Shown piece by piece: positions 41,801-55,281 of a DNA stretch of 64,000 bases (position 1 is the stretch's first letter; the number at the start of each line of letters is the position of its first letter). The notes beneath the pieces are model-generated. The model was not told the origin of the DNA. It saw only the letters and a list, made by a program, of their open reading frames with translations, and ran no database searches. The stretch is from contig CM082577.2 in NCBI GenBank assembly GCA_040954595.2, positions 3,367,703 through 3,431,702 on the forward strand. The letters run 5' to 3'. Position numbers and translations under genes: made by a program. This DNA comes from Balanoglossus misakiensis (Eukaryota > Animalia > Hemichordata).

Positions 41801-42793
41801 TTTTTAAAATTCAAATGTAGCATCGCGTAATTTGCTGCAATGGTCGTACTTTAAGCGGCACTGACTCAGGAATAAACGTCCCAGCTTCGCGTGTGCTCTC
41901 AGATGCCTGGTAGAACCCCCCCCCCCCCCCACACACACACACACACACTCGTGATGTGTAAATAGCCCCAAGCACTTCACATTGCCTTGGAAACCGGTCT
42001 AAACAAGAATAACGTTGAATATGTGCCAAGACTCTAGGCTGCGGTAACGTCAGCAAGGACCGATGTAATTGTTCAAGATTCGGTCAAGCGAACAACTCAT
42101 GAAAATAACTTTTTTCTCTTGAGGGACCTGAATAGCACCGGCTCGCGCACCTTCTAATTAATTAATGGCCCAAGCACTCGATACCCTTATCACGGGGTAT
42201 ATCACCGTGTCTGTCTATTCAATAAAACCATACTCAAATAACGGATCGCATTTCTTGCATCCAAGTTGCCAAGGCGATATTTAACACATCCTGCGGCGCT
42301 CTCTGTTTTAATTGTCGGTTAAATACTACATATTTTAAAGCGTCTATTGATTATTTATGAATCTGCTTCTCCCCTTGCGGCAGAAAAAAACTAATAATGA
42401 AAAAAATATTTCGCACATTCGCGTATTCCGTATTCAATATGCGAGTATATTGTTTTATTTTGCCCGCGGAAGTGATGATTCAGCACACAGAAAGGAATAT
42501 TGCAATTTCTTGGTATATTTACAATTGCCGACTTTTTTATTGCTTGGTTAAAACTTTTACTGTGAAGATCTTATTAATCATTCCCAAGTGGAATTTCCCT
42601 ATGTGTCTGGAAATAACAACCAAGGCAGTGTCATTATCGCAGGGTCGAGGAATGTGACATCATAGTTCTATGGAAAAGGGACATTTTGATCAACTGGTGT
42701 GATCACCTGAAAACGCGAGAGTAGAAACACAGAAAGGGTGTGTGCGTCACTTGGAAGATGGCACAGTCCACAACTGCTTGAACTGGGTGTTTG

Positions 42794-42830
42794 TTTTGTT
42801 GTTGTTTTTGTTGTTGTTGTTGTTGTTGTT
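42794..42830. repeat. (TTG)n microsatellite
   Basis: Seen directly. Confidence 0.85.
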
Positions 42831-45140
42831 ACTGGCGTACTCTCCCTAACCCTTACAAATAGTTTCTCAACAAAGGCACGCAGCATGCGCGGCAAGCCGA
42901 TATGACAAATTCGATGACGTCATTTCAACGCCCAGCATCATCATGTCATCACATAAATTTTCCGTGTTACCAATTGCAAGCGTATCATGAAGTGGGAGTT
43001 AAAACTACAGTGTTCCTCTTTCAACGGTACATGCACAGCTAAATAAATCAAAATGAAACGAAACGAGCCAAAAAAGTGTGTTGTCTTCCCCTTTCGCTGG
43101 ACTTGCCCCGCCCTTCCACGATCCGCCTCGTTCCATCACGTCCTGTCTCGCTCTATCGAGAATGACTCACCAAGTCTCGGGCTCGATCCAGCAAATTATT
43201 CAAGGATTCGCTAACACCTTTGGAGGGCTATCAGAACGCTTAAAATTACTCCGGGCCTTTCTTTTTTCAGATCTAGCTCAGAATGCAATCTCTTTACCCC
43301 AATAATACTCACCACAAAACAGGATGTTGTGATCTAAATTTTTATGAATGGGGACATATTTATTCAAAGGCGGAAGAACAGACAGAAAAAATATAGAGAA
43401 TTGTCGTGAAATCGGGGCAAATACGAGAAGTAAAACTAGGTTCAAAATTACAAGTTCATATTAAGACTTTCCTCAGGCTTGTGGCATTGAAACGGGAAAT
43501 AAAAAATGATATATTAGAATAAAGTATGCCCATTGTCCCCACTCAGCCGCCATGACAACATTTTTGAGCAGAATTTCCTTAAAAGTTCACGGAATTTTAA
43601 GCATAAGGAACTCAAACAGGCGGTCACTGTTGCGGGCATCGTAAAATCGAGAATATTCTGTGGTATGGTTACTGAGCACACATGTCCTTACACAAAGCCA
43701 CGTTTTTTTGAAATCATTAGCACAAAAGAAAAAAAAAATACATTTCTTGGAAATCGTTGACATAAGAGCAAGTGGCAGGATATTGACGAAACCTCTTGAA
43801 ATTGACCAAGGTTACGATATTTAAAAAGAAATAGCGGGATCATAAGGGTTACTATGCAACGTTGATTCGAATGGGATCCTGGGTAATGTTATTGACGTCA
43901 CATCTCATTTCAAAAAGTCGACACAGTACGCTTAGTTTATATTTGTACTTTCACATTCTCTTTCCCAACCCTTCCCCTTCCCAGCATAAATGAAATGTCC
44001 AGTGATCGCCACGTCATCATAGATCTATGCACTGTTCATGCTGTCGAATGTTGAGTTTTAAGTCCGGACTTGAATTAGTTTTCGAAAACAATATACACAG
44101 CGTTGTCAACTCGCAAACGTTTAAGTGCGCGTTTCAACATATACCTCATGGTGTAGAACTGCCTTAGCCTTTAGGGTATAGAACAGAAGCCCTGTTGCTA
44201 TTGACGAAAGAACGGATATACTGTTTCGAAAGACATCTTAGAGAACACCCTGCCCCACCCAGCCACGCCCTAGCGGGACACGTGATTAACGCATATGTCA
44301 ACGAACCGGGTCACATTTCTCAAACCTATAATGCGATTATTATAATGTGATTCGATACCTGTAAAAAGCTTAAAACCAACAAAATATTTTTGCAACCAAC
44401 CAAGCAGCCATAAACAGTTTCAGAAGTTCGACGGTAATGAACTTGACAATTTGATATGATAAATAAGTGCTAAAATCTCAGTGTACTTTTCAGTAGTTTT
44501 TAATTTACACTAGAAAACTAGGTTAATTGCATTTGTGTCAAAATTTCTATCTAGTGTAAATATTATATTTCAGCACTATTCCACCACTTGGCGAGCGATT
44601 CCCTGCACGTCACTTTCAAGCGGCTATCACTTCCTGGTGCCGGGCTTATGATGATTGATTGTCCGTTATAAAAATAATAAGAACGCTTGCTCTCGTTGCA
44701 GACGCATCACAGTGCGTCATTTGAGAATATTCCTGGGATCAGACGCGGCACAGCGCAATGATTAGATTACAAATATAACGATTCCACGGACATATTACTA
44801 TAACGTGGCCCCAAACGAGGCAGACTGGACACAGAGATATCAGAAATGTGTGAGAGAGTGAAAGACATCACCGCCTGGGAATATTGTATATAATTTTGTC
44901 GATTATAGAGTCGTTACATAATACATGTACATGTATATGTGCTGAACATTTTTGACAAGACTGTTCTTTCTTTTTCTATGTCGACCAATCATGATTTTTT
45001 TTCTATAAAGGATGTTTTTTTATAATTCCAAGCTATCATAAGTGCTCGGGCAAAGTGCGCTTGAACACCTGGTGCTGGCTCAAGCTAATCTTTAATGTAA
45101 GTTAATGTGTAGACAATTTTGTTTCATAATTGATATCTGC

Positions 45141-45245
45141 CCCTCTCTCTCTCTCTTTCTCTTTCTCTCTCTCCCTCCCTCTCTCTCTCCCTCCCTCTCT
45201 CTCTCTCCCCCTTCCCCTCTCTCTCTCCCCCTCCCCCCTCTCTCT
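45141..45245. repeat. (CT)n/polypyrimidine tract
   Basis: About 105 nt pure pyrimidine run. Confidence 0.9.
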
Positions 45246-47503
45246 TACAGAAAACCACACCCTTTAATGCAAAACCTTTTTACTATTATTTGTTATTACG
45301 GAGGATTTACCAAAGCTTATTAATACGACAGATGCGTCCTGCCGTGATTGGTAGAATGTAGGTCGAGTCCTGACCAACTTTGGTTCGCGCGGAAACATAT
45401 TTTGCAAAGTTACGATGGCGTTCGTCATCCTTCTTCCAAGAAAAGCACGAAGGCGGTGGGACTCGACCGAATTTCATTTTTTTTTCGTCAGTTTCACTCG
45501 TTATAGGCGTAGACAAAGACTACGTTCGAAGCAGTACCCAAAAACGCTTTCTGCAATTTACTGTGTCACAGGCATTTAGAAAGGCTATCGTGATAGAAAT
45601 TGACCCATACGTATACATAAAATACAACTTTCTGTTCAGTTCTGTTCACTCGAATTGAGGTGTGGTCAACTAATAAATTGCCCGCCTCCAAGAAGGCATG
45701 TATCACGCGCACTCAGCGCGCGGCTGGGCAGTCGCGGAGTGATTTTTAGAGCGACTGGCCGCCGCGGCGTACTGCCGTACATAGCAGAGTGGAAATCATT
45801 CAGACAAACGTACCTTTCAGAAGATAAGTTGGCAAAATAACTATCCGGCTCGCTCTGTCGAATCGGACTTCGATGAAACAGGTGGATGTGTATACCTCTC
45901 ACGGGGGTCGATTGCGTTTCTCGATCGCACAACACGCAAAGAGATAAACTGCGTGGGGTTCAGAATCACGTGGTCAGCTTTCCCGGAGCCGTCGGGGTTC
46001 ATAAGAGTTGAAACATGAAAATATGCATAATTGGGCAACTGTCATTCTGATGTGAAGCGTCCCACCTGCGCATACACACGCGCCGAACACAGGATGGAAA
46101 GCAAACACAAAAAAATGGTAATTAATGACGAAATGTGTCGTCACCATGTCAATGGTGCAAATTGAGTGCATGTGAGAGAAACCACGCAATTCGTTTCCGA
46201 AAATGAGCGAACTATAGTTTTATGTGGTCTCGAAGCGCGCCCGTAATTATTCAAGTGTTGATTTGCCTTGATGAAGTATAAGCCTGGCAACCACGTGTTC
46301 GTTCTGTGCGAAATATTATTTTCATTTCACCGAGCTTTCCCTTAGTAATAGCGAAAGAAAATTAAAATTAAAAACTGAAAGGCGAAAAACCCAAATACTG
46401 CCCTGACCAAACGGTTCATTTCTCCAACTTCCAAGTGAGAAATGTAAAATGAGAAATTGGTGAAACAGCGCAAGAAAAAAAAACATGGGTAGTTTTTTAA
46501 TCATTTGTTTCTCTAAGAGACATTGTTTTGGAATTTGGTGTGGCACAAGCAAAAGAAATCACAAATTATCGTATGTGGATTTACGCGCGTTTTGGTCATG
46601 CTGGTGGCTTCGCTTGACTTTCCTGAAAATCGGTCGATTCCGGCCAACGGATCGTGAAAGCCCACATGTCGACGCGCGATTCAACCGGATTCTCAAAATG
46701 AAACAACGCCACAACTTTGTTGACAGTACTCTGCGCTGCTGATCTCTGCTTTCACTTTGATGTTTACTGACTTCTGTTAGGTTACCTAGCAACTGCGAGA
46801 TATCTCGAAAGATGGATGACGGGTTCGAAGAGCCCTGCATAATTAAAATTCAGTACACGGGTTCAAAAGCGCGACACAAGACGATGGCTGTGCGTTGTGC
46901 GAACTCTAAAAAGATTTCTTGGAATTTTTAATATACACAGATGGGATTCTGCCGAATTGTAAGCACCGGGAACAACATACAGACGGACCATTTTGAAACA
47001 AACTTGAGTAACACAGTCTTAGCGTGTTAGACCCAGGACATAATGTTTAAATGACAATTCCGAAAAGCAGACACCTGTTCAACATACTTTATACTAAAAT
47101 GACTGCAAACATCGTCTGGCGAATCCTTTATCCGCAGGACAAACTTTGGGTTGAAACGATCAATCAATATCATCAAAATGAACGACCAACCATCCAATAG
47201 TTTAGCTTACAGAAAGATAATCATCACCGTTAGCAGTAGCCTATACCGCCAACGATTAACTAAATATATGTATAAAGCCACCAACTCAGCCATCGAGCGT
47301 ATGTAGAAGTCCCCACACCAGCTCCACGATAACGCCAGCGAGACAATTGCGCCACCAACGGCCATGTCTATTATTTCAAAAAGTTATGTGTCCAAGTATT
47401 GGGCAGTACATGTAATATTGAACATTGCCCAGAGACTGAAAGTTCACGAGATCTTTTGTTACGCTAAATCAGTTAAGTTCACAATCTGCCCTCTCCCCAA
47501 CAG

Positions 47504-47561
47504 ACGGACCATTCCTGAGCAAACACAAACATTGGACGAAGAGATCCGAATGGATTCAAAT
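47504..47561 (+). CDS. Possible alternative upstream exon of the PH-domain gene (ends ...MDSN, phase 0)
   Basis: Strong acceptor ccctctccccaacag and GTAAGC donor. Open frame RTIPEQTQTLDEEIRMDSN is compatible with the exon at 49389. Confidence 0.4.
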
Positions 47562-48604
47562 GTAAGCCTTACTCATTGAACATGCACTCGGAATCTATCG
47601 ATTTTCGGTAATCTATATGTTTAATGTCACGTTTAAGTTATAGATTTTCATTAACTGGCGAAAATGTATTTTCAAAAATTAAAGCGATTTTCAAGATCAT
47701 TTCCATGTGTAACTAACTAACTGCATGTGTATTGATTTTGTCGGTATGGTAGACATCTGTTGACTCCGTGGTACTTCAACCTTTGCCCAATATACAGATA
47801 TCTGGCGACTTTTATGACGTCATTAATATATTGGCCAACCATCCGGTTCTGACTGAGTCTACAATTGTGCGTGATAAACTATTAAGTCATATTTCCTCTT
47901 TCAAATGTTATCTTTTTCCCATTATGTGGCCGGCACACGAGTATGCATTTCTGGGCAACACTGCACGACTTTGACAGATTCTGAACGCGGACGGACACGT
48001 CATTCAAGATTCCGGCCCAGTGGAATATTAACTAAAGTAGACTTTGGTGATTGAAAATGTATGGTTAATTCATCAATATGATATTCATATTTACAATTTA
48101 TTGATAAAATCTATATTTTCTGCAAACGTGCGGGTACAGTGTCCTTAGAATATTTGCAATAGCAAATGGTACGACGAATGATTCTTAACCGACCGCGACA
48201 GGAATCGCTTGATTTGACAACTTTACCTGTAAAATGACGTAGAAGTAATATGTTTTCGGGGAGGATCAAAGAGAGAGAGTGGTTTTACAGATAGGAGATC
48301 CGGCACGACACCTCCAAAACCAAATCAGCTGGGGTTAAAGGTCGATAGTCATCCGCCCGTGACGAAACTTAAGGCGATTGATTGGCTAAAGAGTGCTGCC
48401 AACACCAAACTGACAATCACTGACTTTGGCATCAGTGGGTTCAACGGGTCATCGCCGATGGTGTCAACCGTGTAGGTTCCGAAACGTCTCAGTACTTTAA
48501 AAGTCGTACCGCTTTGTTGGTTACGTTTGTTTTCCTGTGGCTCCGAGGCTGTTTTCCCCCCGAGGTGTTGAGGGTCGTCGGGTATCTTGTTCGAATCACT
48601 GACG

Positions 48605-48646
48605 ATGTTGAAATTCGTCTCGCTGAAGAAGGTCAGGCGCGGGTCG
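48605..48646 (+). CDS. PH-domain adaptor-like protein, putative coding exon 1
   Basis: ATG after an in-frame stop, MLKFVSLKKVRRGS, GTGAGT donor, phase 0. Confidence 0.55.
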
Positions 48647-49388
48647 GTGAGTACTTCCTCGTTCGCCTTCTCAGTGTGTGTGAAATCGGAATTACGCCAT
48701 TCCTGGACGCAGCTCAGGGACTATTTCTCTTCACGCGCGCGCGCAGGCCCGAACATCGTCTAAAACAATTCAGATATCCTATAAAATGTCCTCATCGGTG
48801 TTGTTGTCACGAGAGTTGTGTTAATTTATGAGATGCTGTTGAATTTCAGAACTTTGGACTCCGAACGCTCCGTGTAAACTTGAGTAATAACCAACGTCGA
48901 CAACTACCTGTCACTTTGCAAAGTTCAATGATTGTGAGGACATATTTAGTAGTTCCATAACTGTTGAAAATGTTATAAGAATCACCGTCGATATAACTTA
49001 TAAGGCCGTTTTCCGTTTCCTAAGCTACAACATAAAATTACGAGATTCTTGCCCAGTTTCGTACACGGAAGTAAGGGGAAAAAATAATAAGACGACACTT
49101 GTGTAATCCTTATCTTACCCTAGTGAAAATGGTATAGTCCATTCAAACAGGCTGTGAATGATACGAGTGTGTTTGGGCGTTGCGGCGTGTCGGCGCGGGC
49201 GCTCTCTATGGCCGCGCTGTGAGTTACTCATAGTATGCAAATAAATGATTTGTACACAGCGCCATATCTGTTCTGTCGTGATAGCAGCATCACCTGTTTC
49301 CATTTCCGCACCAGCACAATAACAGCATTGAGCGACTAACCTGCTACATGTATACTAAGCAGGTGTCTGATTGTTAAACTTTTCACAG

Positions 49389-49460
49389 TACGACATGGAC
49401 CTTGATGACCAAGCGGTGTGCCATGAGGGTTACTTGGAGAGAAAGACGGGCGTGATGAAG
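49389..49460 (+). CDS. PH-domain adaptor-like protein, exon 2 (PH beta1)
   Basis: tttcacag acceptor and GTAGGC donor. YDMDLDDQAVCHEGYLERKTGVMK contains the EGYLxRK PH signature. Confidence 0.88.
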
Positions 49461-51576
49461 GTAGGCACTCGCGGGAGACGTTGGTTTCCTTAAACACTTT
49501 CGTTTTTTTAAGGGCGGTGATGCCCACACTCTGCGTGTGACTTTAATTGTTCACACCCGGAAATAGGTGACTGGTGTTTTGAGAATGGTTGCGTATATAT
49601 ATGTTTTCATATTTCCACGTTTATTTGCCGCCAAGAGATGGCTGTGTGTTGAAACCATGCACAGTTAACTTGTAGAAGTTTACAAACAAAGAGGCATGCA
49701 GTGACCGGCGTCACGACACTAGCTGTCATTTCACAGCATGGCGAGTGTTTTGAAGTATTGTTGTTGTTAAAGCTCGACACCAGCTGTAAGGACAGTGGGT
49801 GTGACTATGTTAGTCAAAAGGGCGAAAGCCACGGATGAAGTTCGAGGTCAAGTCCGGGGTGATATTTTAGAAATTGTGTATATCACTCGAAAAAAGTTGT
49901 CCCAAGTTATAGAGTATCGCGCAGAGCGACTTGCACCTGGAAACTGTATTCATTGTTGCTGTAGCTGATGACAAACGTGTGAAATTTCACCATTGCTATG
50001 CAGGGCAGCAATGCTGATACTGGCCGGAATACTTCAAACCTTGATGCAGTCCGGATGACAATAAATAACGTCGGGAGTTTAAGCCAAGTAAACTGTGTTT
50101 TTGTGACCTCTGCTATTCTGTCCCAAACGTACCTACTCACCCTAACCATTTTTACCAAATTTGGCACAATTCTTGACTCTCACACTCCCACAATACAAAA
50201 GATCCCGACCCAATTACCGATTTCCTCGGCCCATGATGTTATACTTGGCTATAAGGCACGCGCCTATAGCCTTAAATTTGTCATGTTAAGTTTCACGCAG
50301 TTTTACAAAACTTCACCGGCATTGCCACAGATCCACATGTATTAAACACAAGGTGGCCCTGGCTATTGCCATACGCCACACCTAACTACACATTGTATTT
50401 TGGGTGATTTTAACAGTTTAATTGGGGGTTTTATCTCCCGCATTGGGTTTAGTTTTGTTATGTTTTTGACACGTCACTTCGCTATTTTTCCCCGTGTCAA
50501 ATAACCCGCTTAATCTATGCGTGACCGGGTACTTGGTGAAACAGTAATTCCATACTGATGTCGCCGTGTGGTCACGCCTTTAATAAATTAGACCAGGGTA
50601 CAGGACGAGTGCTGATTTCAATATGACGAAAAACAACGCAGCGCGTGTAACCTCAAATCTCTGCGACACAACCGGGCTTAACGCTACATCTTTGTGGTTG
50701 TCTTAAAATTCGTGAATGCTACTGCATTGTGCGCTTCCAAAAATATTGTTTCAACCGCTTAAATCTCCTGTAAATGTACTTACTACAGCAGTCACGTGAC
50801 GACAACGCCTCCCATTATTAAAATACTGAACAGGTTGAAATATTACAACGGTGACATGTGTCAGACTGATCGACTTAATATCGATGTTCGACTTCATATG
50901 GCTGTCATTTCTGCGATATTTAAGTAATTTAACGTTCTCGTACGTTTACTTCCCCCTTCTGGGATATTTGCGATCGTTACTAATTGTGGAGACGAGAAAA
51001 CCGCGGTCGCGTAGGAGAGAGAGAGTTCATGACACAATCACTGTGGTCGACTGGGATGTCCGTAAGCCACACACCTCTTGTATTTGGATGAGCTTTATCT
51101 GGATATTCATTGGGGTATATGAAAGAAACTATGCCAATTGAAATATCCGTGATATACCAAACCCTACAGACAGAAGTGGAGTGTCGGCTGAAACGAAACC
51201 AAGTTATCATTGTCTTGATTTATTAATGTGCATGTTTATTTGGATAAAATTATGTTTCCATACGTCATACATGTATTAAGTGTAACTGCGCGCGTGCAAG
51301 GGCGTGTGTCCGATCGGAATTGAGAAGTGCAACCTGGTTGTATTTATATTACACTCTTAAAAACAATAATCGGGGAACTTGTTTTTGACGAAAACGTTCG
51401 CTTTTCAGTGTCAACTACAACATATATCTACCGTTTTATTCCCCACGCCGTCATTGCAATCATTATGTCAGAATCTAGAAAACTTGCTTACGTCAGACGA
51501 AATAAGAGATCGACTCATTCGTTTACATCTTTTCGTTCACATGTTGTTCTTTGTTTCCTATGTTAAACTTTCACAG

Positions 51577-51654
51577 ACTTACAGGAAGCTGTGGTTTCAG
51601 TTGTGTGTTCGGGAACTGAAATACTACAAAACCAATCCGCAATGGGAGCCGTCG
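51577..51654 (+). CDS. PH-domain adaptor-like protein, exon 3 (PH beta2-beta3)
   Basis: ttcacag acceptor and GTAAGC donor. TYRKLWFQLCVRELKYYKTNPQWEPS matches WFxL...LxYYK. Confidence 0.9.
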
Positions 51655-51843
51655 GTAAGCACTAATGATGGAATTGTTTGCACCCCGCAACTCATAGAGG
51701 GTATCAGTCCGCTGTAGTCCCGTTTTCTTCTCGCACATCAACGTGATGCGGTCTTTTGATTGTGTGCTGACACTGTGGTTGTACTCGAGTTTCCAAAACA
51801 CTCTCCGACTGCATGTAAATAACTTGTCCTCTGTACATTGCAG

Positions 51844-51951
51844 GAGCCCAAGGGCAAATTGACCATTGCTGACATACAGACAGTGAAAGTTATGTCCACA
51901 CAAAATCGTCACCTCATCCAGATAATAACACAAAAGGGAACTATCTGCCTG
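51844..51951 (+). CDS. PH-domain adaptor-like protein, exon 4 (PH beta4-beta7)
   Basis: ttgcag acceptor and GTGAGT donor. EPKGKLTIADIQTVKVMSTQNRHLIQIITQKGTICL. Confidence 0.9.
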
Positions 51952-52071
51952 GTGAGTAGAGTCAATGACATTCGATTAGACTGAAAGTTGAAATAGTCAC
52001 AGCCATCTGATGTTGAAGACAGCGCCCTCTAACGTGTAATTGTGCTGCATCTTGTTTCTGTTCCTCTGCAG

Positions 52072-52169
52072 AGCGGGGAAAATGTGGCATGCTGCGAAGA
52101 GTGGGTTACCCATATACGGAAGGCCATGCAGAGAGCCAGACAATCGCTCACCGCACCTGTAGCCCCGCC
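52072..52169 (+). CDS. PH-domain adaptor-like protein, exon 5 (PH C-terminal helix)
   Basis: ctctgcag acceptor and GTAAGT donor, phase 0 to 2. SGENVACCEEWVTHIRKAMQ... contains the invariant PH Trp. Confidence 0.9.
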
Positions 52170-52508
52170 GTAAGTGTGGCCACGTAGACGTAGATGTGGT
52201 TTAATACTCTCTTTGTTCTTTGGACTTTTTTTTGACTGATTCACTCAATCAAAATGTGGCAGCAGTAAAATATTCGTCATATGTATTTGGTAAACATTTT
52301 CATTTCGCTGTTCAAATGCATGATCACTCCGCAAAAGTAATCATGGTAACTAATTCGGTACGATTCGGTAGTGCAAGATTTCTACCTGAGAAAATGTAAA
52401 GTCCCTTTAATTTTGTGCGCAGTATTTAAACAAAAACAAGGAACTTCGTCTATGCTGAAAGACTAATAAGAATCGCAACAAACTTTTTTTTTCCTCTGGT
52501 CCACACAG

Positions 52509-53049
52509 ACCACAGAAAGGCAGATCCGTTCGACGCCCCACAATGAGCACCGTCTCCGAGGAGGAAGAGAAACGAGCGAGCAGCGCCAATGCTGGACTCG
52601 AATACGACTTACTGGATACAGGGCCGCCACCAACGCCGAAGAGTCCGTCGCCAAACGACGATTTCCTGTACGAAGAAGTGCAGCCAGTGAAGCGGCAGAC
52701 GCCCTCTACAGTTGAAAGTGGGCAAACCCGCCCTGACTCGGCGGTGGACGACAGGGGGGCGACAGACACAGCGCAATCGGACTCGTCGTCGTCCATTGAC
52801 GACTCCACCGAAGCCGAGCAAGACGTGGAGACAGGTTCGTCTAACCTCGGCTACGATGTCGATATACCCCGCCTTCCGTACCCGCCGCTGACCGAGGATG
52901 ATTCTGCGTCGATCAATCGGTTGCGAAAACTGCTCTTAGAAATGGGTGTGAATCCGAACGAAGAGGGCGATCTGTACGAGAATACAACCAGCGGTGGCAT
53001 GCAAGAACTTAAAAATTTCATTCGAAGTACATTTTTCGTCAGTTTTTGA
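52509..53049 (+). CDS. PH-domain adaptor-like protein, last coding exon (acidic/Pro-rich tail with Tyr motifs)
   Basis: Polypyrimidine tract with cacag acceptor in matching phase 2. Tail carries YDLL, YEEV, YDVD and YENT. Stop TGA at 53047, AATAAA at 53386. Six-exon CDS 939 nt, 312 aa. Confidence 0.85.
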
Positions 53050-54897
53050 ATCGAACGTGCACAGAGATTTTCATTTCGGAGGCTAGGCTATAAAATGTGA
53101 CGTTTGTCCTAATTTATAGGATATTCTTCGTTTCCCATTCCCAACCTCACATGTGGCCGCAGTCCTTGGTGGATTTAGAGGATCTGGAAAAAAATCTTGA
53201 ACATGCGCGATGGACAACTGCAGCAGTCTGCTGCTTGCATGACCATTTCTAGCCATCTTGACAGCAATTATGTGACACCTGCTACAGCCTGCCGCAGAAT
53301 TGGCCCGGCCGGAGCCACCTGCTTTAGTCAAGTTGGTTGACATGTACATGTATTTGCGTTTATATGACCGTGTTTTATTTTGGGAAATAAAAATTTCTGT
53401 GGAACTCTCAGTTTTATAGCCTGGTATCCATACCCCAGTGTGTTAAAATGTGTGTTGCAGTCAATGCACAATTAATTGTATTCTCCTCGCAATGCAACTG
53501 GGTATTTCGAATTTACCATTTGCGTCCGAGTAACCAAGTAACGCCGTCTCCTCCAATGTCCCGATGAGTTCTCCAGTGTATTGCTCACGAATTACAGAAC
53601 AGTGTCACAGTGGGGAGATTGGGGTTCGGAAACGTTGGATAGAAACGACACGGAGGATTCCACTGGAATCAAATTGAATTTTCAGCTGGTGCTTGTTTAC
53701 GTACGACTCACTTTACACGATGGGTTATTAACCTATAAAGTCCTTTTTATCGGTTATCACGCGCCACGCTTCATTGACTGGGGGCATTGAAGCTGACACT
53801 GAAGTTGTTTGTCGCTGTCGAGTTCTTGAAATTGACCTTGTCAAAATGCGAGTTCATGTATGAATTTGTACTTGTGGGAGTGGTTGAAGATGATGATGAT
53901 GGATTTGTTGATGTTCTCACCAGAATACATTTTACATACAAATAAGCAGCCCGTACGTTATTTTATAATAATTACAACCACGGCCCCTGCAAAGGCATGC
54001 ATTAGCACGATTAGGTTCTTGATAGTTTTTGAAAGGTGGCGCTTTCATACGTAAAGTATAAATACAGAGAATTTATAAAATGCTAGCGGTATAGCGTAGT
54101 GATTACACTCATGTAAAACTGTTTGGCCTTCACTAAATTACTTCACAGGGCCCTGGATGTCAAGGTCCCGGTACGTACTTGCTGTGACCGCATGATAGAC
54201 TAACGTGACCCCCGGTAAACGCTCACGTGATGAAACTGACACACGCTCAACAGACTAAACTCGCAATGTCAATAAATACACACCGTACCGTAAATGTGGA
54301 AACAATGGAATTATACTAACACCATGCATGTATCGGCTTTTCAAGTGACGTTTAATTTATTTCCTTGAAAGTGCGCCATCATCTGACAGTAGCTTATCAA
54401 CGATTAATCCAGTGTTGGACTTCCTTTGTTTTGCACAAGCGGTGTTGTTGTTGTAAACGCCATTTGGTGTCAACAACTTAGCAGTAGTACCAGTAGCCAG
54501 CTTACCCAGTACTATATGCTCGAACTGTTGACAGTTATGATAGCCATTCACACATACGTGCGTACACACATAACATCAGCCCATTCACACGTAACCGCAG
54601 TCGCATGGGGGCGGCCGTTTCAAATGTAAATTCCCCGTCTGTTGCTAAGCAACCATTGGTAATTAAGAGGCGTTTTTCAATTGCGAAGTCGGAGGAGGGA
54701 CTATTTGACCTGGGAGTCCGTTAATTTGCGCGGGCACATTGCCCGCGTTATTTCGAACGGATATCTATAAACTTCACCAGATTTTTTTTTCATCGTGGGG
54801 GAGAGGTGCGGAGGCAAACACAATCCAACATACACACATTCACTCACAATAAAAAAGGTCACAAAAATCGTGTTTTCAGTATAAAAATCTGTTGTCT

Positions 54898-54903
54898 TTT
54901 ATT
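54898..54903 (-). terminator. Polyadenylation signal of the histone H1 gene
   Basis: AATAAA on the minus strand about 380 nt after the stop, followed by a GU/U-rich downstream element at about 54830-54870. Confidence 0.65.
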
Positions 54904-55281
54904 AAAAATTCAACAGTGAAAATGGTCTCCAAGTGATGCTCAAAGTCACTTTACAAAAGGACGATAAAAATGAAATAATAAATTACGTTTTGAATGTCCG
55001 GGAAAGAACACTTTTTGTTCATTTTCCAGTTGCGAAATCAATCAGAAGGAACTGCGCAAAATGAACAAATAACAAGAAGTATATACAATTCTTTTTCCTT
55101 TTTGACAGTCTCTAAGACTGCTAGTGTCGATGCGTTCCATACAACGCTAGGCCTACACAAGAATTGAGTATCAATTCTAAAGGTCCGAATGTACTTTTTA
55201 CCGCTACGAAATATATACAAAATGCATATAGTATATTTATATATCCATCTGTCCGTATAACAAGTCTCTATATAGTTCTAT

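Noticed and set aside
42668-42895. Thr-rich minus-strand ORF as a third mucin
   Set aside because: Explained by a (TTG)n microsatellite. No signal peptide or matching exon structure.
50252-50262. TAAGGCACGCG match to the miR-124 5' end
   Set aside because: Only 11 nt match, the 3' half diverges, and no hairpin is evident.
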